Assembly (NCBI GenBank): GCA_964035575.1
Contig: OZ037833.1
Coordinates: 2,666,001 to 2,730,000 of the forward strand
Length of the DNA: 64,000 bases
Reading direction: 5' to 3'
Origin: Rhynchopus sp. YZ270_cl-10
Lineage: Eukaryota
Made by a program: the position numbers and the translations under genes. Under the pieces are notes generated by a model that had not been told where the DNA came from, did not search any database, and saw only the letters and a list, made by a program, of their open reading frames with translations. Positions 58,420 to 64,000 of this stretch are shown here, piece by piece. The first letter of the stretch is position 1. Every line of letters begins with the position of its first letter.

Positions 58420-59800
58420 ATGGGCGATGTGATTGATGTCAGAGCGTGCTCTGTGGAGCCGAACAACTGTGGATTTGAGGAACCTGTGTGTATCACATTG
58501 GAGTTCGATTGCAAAGGCATATCGAACTGCTTCTGGGATGTGCACTATGAAGCCGACTATACGAACAAACGGCACGTCATCCAGCTGTGTTCTGTCGGGC
58601 CCACGGATTACAGTGCAGGCAGCCACACACTGGACCTCAAAATACCTGCAGTGAACACAGAAGGTGTCAAGGAGAGACGTCTCCTCTCAATGGGCATCCT
58701 GAAGTGCATCCTCACGGCGCAAAAGGAGGAGGTGGCTGCAGTGAATTTTGTGACCCAGGTATGAGTTTTTTTTTTTTTGAAAAAAAATGGCGCGAAAGTT
58801 TCTCATGGAAGGTAGTGTTGTAGAACGATGTTTTTCTTTTTTTTTTTTTTTCCAAATTTTTTTCTGTGTTTCGCTTTTGAACACCATCTCCGCGAAAGTC
58901 ACGATGCGTACAATACTTCCTATTCGTTTCCTGGCCAGTGGCGAGATGGGAGATAGGAGATGGGAGATGGGAGATGGGAGAGGTCAAAACGGGGAAAAGT
59001 CGAATTCCAAACACCTATGTGATTGGTCGACACAGCGGCTTCGGCCAGAGCACAGACCACCGAGTTATCCAGAGTGGGGCACTCCGGCGATTGTCGACGT
59101 CAGGGTTGGCCGGTAGCCACTCATCAGCACAGACGTCAGAAGCCTTCTTTCCCAAAAGGGGGTGCACCACAGATTTCTTCTTCTCCTTTTCGCGCGATGC
59201 TGCCACTTCAGCACCTTCCATCAGGTACCGTAGAACGCGTTGCGAATCGTACGCAGCCCACACAGCTCCATACTCTTCTCCGAGGCTCGAGAATTAGCAC
59301 TTGCGCAGAGCTCCTTCTCAATCGCCTGAGTCTGCGGTACGGAGTGCCGCCCTTGCCGGTTCAGGCCACCAGTACCTCCTTGTACCTGGTCTTGACTTTG
59401 TTCTTTGCAGCCCTGTCTTCCTGTGCTTCCGTTGTCACTGATGCAGCAGGGATGCTGATCACCTTCCACGGGTCGGCAGGATCCGTTTCAGGTGCAGGCT
59501 ACGGTGCAAGCGATGACTTACACGTGTCTCCCTGCGCATCAAGGTGTCGCGGACACGCGTCATTTGACCTGCCCCACAAATGGGCATGTTTTGGGAAAAT
59601 TACCCCAGACCACTCCAAGAGGCTTGGCATCCAAATCAGGTGGATTTTGGGGATTTTTGGGCAATTTGGTGCATTTTTTTTTTTCTTGTACGACAAACAT
59701 ATTTGGGAGTATTGTAACTGACTTGAAACACATCACATCACAGGTTTCCCGCAGCGACGACGGCCGGTTAAGCAGACTCATGATGAGCCCTCTCGAATAA
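58420..59800 (+). CDS. Small ASF1-fold-like protein (exons 58420-58758, 59744-59800; 131 aa)
   Basis: PNNCGFEEPVCITLEFDC..W.VHY..YSAGSH..LLSMGIL pattern parallels ASF1 strands; 985-nt GTATG..CAG intron, phase 0. Confidence 0.65.
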
Positions 59801-60272
59801 ACAACGCACTCATATTGCCCGTAGGCACTTTTTTTTTTATAACAAAAAGCGGCTTTCCCCCCTGCTATTTTTAAAAATGGGGGATCTTGTGGTGCCATTC
59901 CTGTTATTTTTTTTAAAATTGGACACCCACAACACAAAAGAGAATGCAAAATGGGATGTCTTTTCCTCCTTGCCTCTCTTCATTAACCCCCCCTCCCATC
60001 CCCCTTTTTCTAACATCTTTTGCAAAAAAAAATTGAAAAATATTCTTTTTGTTTCCTTCTTCTTCTCATACCTTCCTACCCTTAGACCCTCGAAAAACCG
60101 CACAATGTAGCACCCAGATGGAACAACAATTCCAACGATCAATCACCAATAAAAAAGGCCTTTTCGTGAGTGAACTTTTGCACAAAACTGTGGCAACACA
60201 ACCGAGGCAACTACACTACTCCAACCAAATTTATCAAAAAAAAAACCCTACAGGAGGAAATCACACTACATC

Positions 60273-61583
60273 ATGTCTTCTCCTTCTCCTTCAAGCGACC
60301 ATACTGCATTGATAGGTTTGGCGCAAAAGGAAGGGGTTCGCCTTGCGTTGTGCGAACCAAAACGTGCACATGACGCTTGCAGAAAGGTTTTGAAACGCAA
60401 GGTGTATCGAGGATTTGATGGAGACGCACGGAAACAGGTTGCAAATGCTATTTTGCAGGTACCAATGTACCAGGCTACGTTACTGCATTGTGTGGAGCCG
60501 GATGCAGAGCTGCAGACGACGTACCCACCTATATACTCTGAAGCGACGGCTGACGCACTGTTGGAAGCATTTCTTCTTAACAAACACAAAGACGCTGACA
60601 TCGCGCTCCCACGCAACGCAAAATACCTGCAACTCCGTTACAGCACCCCAGCATGGCTGGCACGCTTTGTCGAAAAAAACATTGCATCTAATGCAGAGCA
60701 ATACCTCGCCCTCCTCAACGAACCAGCCGAAGTCTCCTTACGCGTCGACAGCAGAGCAAACTGTGATGACATAGTATCCAGTTTAAAGAGCGAAGGGATT
60801 GACTGTAGTGTACACCCGGTTGTAGCTCATTGCGTAAAGGTGAAGCGAACAAAGGTGAAAGCGAATTTGAAAGGTTCTGAGGTGTGGCAGGATGGGCAGA
60901 TAGAGGTGCAAGATATTGGCTCTCAGATTATAGGGTCTGCCATTCATGAAGCCCCGCGTGGGGTGAAAAGGGATGCAGCTGGGGAACTAAAGGAGAAACC
61001 GATTATTCTCGATTTTTGCTGTGGGTTGGGTGGAAAGACGCTTCAATTCGCGGCGGAATTTTATAAAACACATAACATCATTGCTGCAGACATCTCAGAA
61101 GAAGCGATGCGGGAGCTTCCAGGGCGGCTTGCAAAGACAAACCTAGCGGATTATGTACAGACCAAGATTCACCCTATAGCTGAGGACATCAAAGCGGAGC
61201 GTGTATTTGTGGATGCACCTTGCAGTGGTTTGGGGAGGTTGCGGAGGAGGACGGACAACCGGTGGTGGTTTGAGCAGGACTGGTTGACGACGTACCCTGT
61301 TGTGCAGGCGGAAATCATTCGGAACGCTGCAGTTCATGTAAAAGAGAAGGGTCTCCTCATCTACGCCACGTGCACGATGAACCGCCTCGAAAACGAAAAT
61401 GTCGTGGACGACTTCCTCTCCAGCGACGAAGGCCGTGACTTCAAACCTGAGCCCCTCCGCTCTGTCTGGAGCGCCCAGCTCTGTGACCACCTTAATATTG
61501 TAGGCGACACCCACTGCGTTACTCTGTGGCCCCATTTGTGCGATTCCGACGGCTTTTTTGTAGCCAGACTGCGTCGCGACTGA
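60273..61583 (+). CDS. RsmB/NOP2/Sun-family RNA m5C methyltransferase
   Basis: YSTPAWL, EVQDIGSQ, DFCCGLGGKT, VDAPCSGLG, IYATCT, DGFFVARL; both catalytic Cys motifs (PC, TC) present. Confidence 0.93.
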   Translation: MSSPSPSSDHTALIGLAQKEGVRLALCEPKRAHDACRKVLKRKVYRGFDGDARKQVANAILQVPMYQATLLHCVEPDAELQTTYPPIYSEATADALLEAFLLNKHKDADIALPRNAKYLQLRYSTPAWLARFVEKNIASNAEQYLALLNEPAEVSLRVDSRANCDDIVSSLKSEGIDCSVHPVVAHCVKVKRTKVKANLKGSEVWQDGQIEVQDIGSQIIGSAIHEAPRGVKRDAAGELKEKPIILDFCCGLGGKTLQFAAEFYKTHNIIAADISEEAMRELPGRLAKTNLADYVQTKIHPIAEDIKAERVFVDAPCSGLGRLRRRTDNRWWFEQDWLTTYPVVQAEIIRNAAVHVKEKGLLIYATCTMNRLENENVVDDFLSSDEGRDFKPEPLRSVWSAQLCDHLNIVGDTHCVTLWPHLCDSDGFFVARLRRD

Positions 61584-62001
61584 TTATTCATGCCACGGAG
61601 AACCAGCCTGCATCCACCTGATGAACGGTGAGACGTTTGCACTTCCAACTTCTCTTTATTCTTTTTTATCAGCAACACCAAGACATCTCAAATCGGATTG
61701 AGATTATCGATTTCAGGAGGAAAAAAAAACCTGTTTATTCCGCAATTTCAGGTGCATTCTACCCCACCCCCACCCGAGAGTTGCGCCTGGGATGCGATCG
61801 ATCAACGCGATCAATTCGGCTTCTGTTTAAGGTGAGACTCATTACAAAAACCCTTCCTTAAGGTCTACATCCTCAAAGATACCTCCCCCTCCCCCTCTCC
61901 CTCTTCCTCTTCCTCTCCAAATATCATTTTCAAAAAAAAAAGCCACAAAATCCACAAAAATCAGGACTACCAGCAACCCCCCCGAAGAAGAACCCAACAC
62001 A

Positions 62002-63915
62002 ATGGGTAAAGGGAACGGCTGCTGTTGTGATGATGGTGAGAGCACCGTGCAGACCTTTGCGTCTGATGGCAGAGAACCTGCAGAGATGGGTCTGCCTGAC
62101 AACATTCAGATTGAGAACCCAAGCCGGAGGGTGTTGAACAGCGACTGCCCTGTGTGTCTGCTGTTTGTTGTGTTCTGGATTGGGATGTTCATCATCAGCT
62201 CTGTTGCCTTTGAGAAGGGAGACGCCATGAAGCTCATCTACGGAACAGACTACCTCGACAACAAATGCGGATACGGCGACGAACCTGCCGGATGGGCCTC
62301 CGCTGTCGCAACCCACCGCAACCTTAACCCTGACGTCTACGCCTATCAAACTGCCACCTGGTCTGAAAACAAATACCTCTTTATCCCACTTCCCTACAAC
62401 GGCGACCATCCACTTGATTCAGACGCTTGGTCCGGCTTTTCTGCCGAAACAGCGCTCGCATCAGGAGTCTGTGTTAACCAATGCCCCCAGTCTGGCCTCG
62501 ACTCCCTAGAGAGCATCTCCACCCAAGCGAACTACAAAGTGTTCACCTACGGATCAGCAGACGGCATCAACCCGCTAGAAGAGTTTGACGTATGGTACAA
62601 CTCGCATGATATCCTCAGGAGGTGTATTCCGTCCTCCAACAACTCGGTTGCTGATAGCGTGGACACCCTGAAGAGCGCAATGGATAAGCTCCCAGAGGTG
62701 ACCCGCGTTTCGTCGTTTTTTACAAGAGGTTTGGCGGATATTGAAGATGGTTACATGGTGATCGTGTTCTGTGCGATGATCAGCGTGTTGCTTCCGTTCC
62801 TGTATGTCGTAATGTTGAGGTGTATTTTGAAGCCGTTGGTGTGGACGATGTTGTTTTTGGTGCTCATTATTTTGGCAGCGTGTGGGTACTTCTGTTATCA
62901 GAGGTATGACGATCTTGACAATGACGACGACTCGACGAACGACCAGGACGCGAAGGGGTTCCTCTTCCTCGCCATCTTCTTCTGGGTGCTGACCGCGGTG
63001 TACCTCTGCTTCCTGGTGTGGTTCTGCAAGCACATCAACGCTGCCTGCGAGATCATCGCCCAGGCCGGCAAGGTGCTCACCTCCGACCCTTCGATCCTCC
63101 TGATCCCCATCTTCACCGGTATCATGCTTCTTGCGCTCTTCGTCTTCATCGTCTATCTCCTTCTCTTTGTTTGGACAATGGAAGACGGGGCGAATATAGA
63201 AACAACAGGCACCGATGCGCTAGGTGTAAACACCACAGTATCGGTACCCTCGGACTACACCACAAGGAACAACCTTGTGTACTACATCTTCTTTGGGTGG
63301 CTTTGGTCGATGGGAGTGATCAGTGCGCTGGGATACTTCGTGGTCGCAGCAGTGACCGTGCAGTGGTACTACTCTCACAAGGATGATGACGAGAAGAAGG
63401 TGCGTTGTGTGGTAGGCTGGCTGCGTGGATATGCCTGGGCCTTCCTCTACCACATGGGGTGTCTCATCACAGGAGCCCTGTTGGTGGCTATTATCCAGTT
63501 TTTGCGGTGGATGCTGCAGAAGGCGACCGATAAGTTCAAGGAGTCGAGCTCTGCCGCAAAGTGCATTATGTGCTGTGTCGACTGCTGTCTTGCGTACATC
63601 GAGCGGTTCTTGCAGTACATCAGCAGAAACGCGTTCATCATGACTGCGATTGAGGGGACCGGGTTCTGGTGCAGCTGCTGCAAGGTGGTGGGTGTCCTGC
63701 TGGGGGCGATCTCGTACCTCGCGCCGCTGATTATCGTGAGTGACATTGTGTTCTTCATCGGGAAGCTCTTCCTTGTGTCGCTCACGGTCGGTATCGGGTA
63801 CCTCATGATGTACAACCACGACCTGGCACCTGATGTCGACAACGGCATCATGGTGTTGATCGTCATTGGTGTTATCGCGTACGTCATTGCGTCGCTCTTC
63901 ATGTCCGTCTACGAG
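62002..63915 (+). CDS. Choline transporter-like protein (SLC44/CTL); last exon(s) beyond the window
   Basis: KLIYGTDYLDNKCG, multiple TM helices, YHMGCLITGALLVAIIQ, CCLAYIERFLQYISRNAFIMTAIEGTGF; GTATG donor at 63916. Confidence 0.93.
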
Positions 63916-64000
63916 GTATGTCCGAAAGAAGGCGAAAATTGGAAATATTCATAGTTTCCGGCCGCGTGGGTGCAGCGTTGATTTAAAAAAACACACCATT

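Overview
Eukaryotic genomic DNA, most likely a diplonemid-like euglenozoan protist. This is inferred from three things: every host gene lies on the + strand, introns are short with GTATG...YAG ends, and spacers are pyrimidine-rich. I can support 15 host genes: a secreted Cys-rich protein, a TauE + SLC35B3/PAPS-transporter-like fusion, ACBP, a TSP1-repeat adhesin-like protein, a PEX26/APEM9-like tail-anchored protein, MUS81, GFA/CENP-V, a Cys-rich type I membrane protein, a WNK kinase, V-ATPase subunit a, a four-exon SRP9 missed by the ORF track, ATG4, an ASF1-fold protein, an RsmB-type methyltransferase and a choline transporter-like protein. The only convincing minus-strand gene is an intact tyrosine recombinase (CryptonI-like) in a ~1.6 kb element. 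That element carries two loxP-like palindromic sites, a ~155 bp terminal hairpin and ~60 bp inverted repeats, and has a probable non-autonomous relative near 58 kb. The spacers hold many TIR MITEs (8-bp, 6-bp and TAA target duplications) and two Helentron/HINE-like families. They also hold dozens of tiny co-oriented hairpin elements whose stems differ but which share an ACGAGAG loop and an AACT-(T)n end. All calls come from reading the sequence; no database searches were run.
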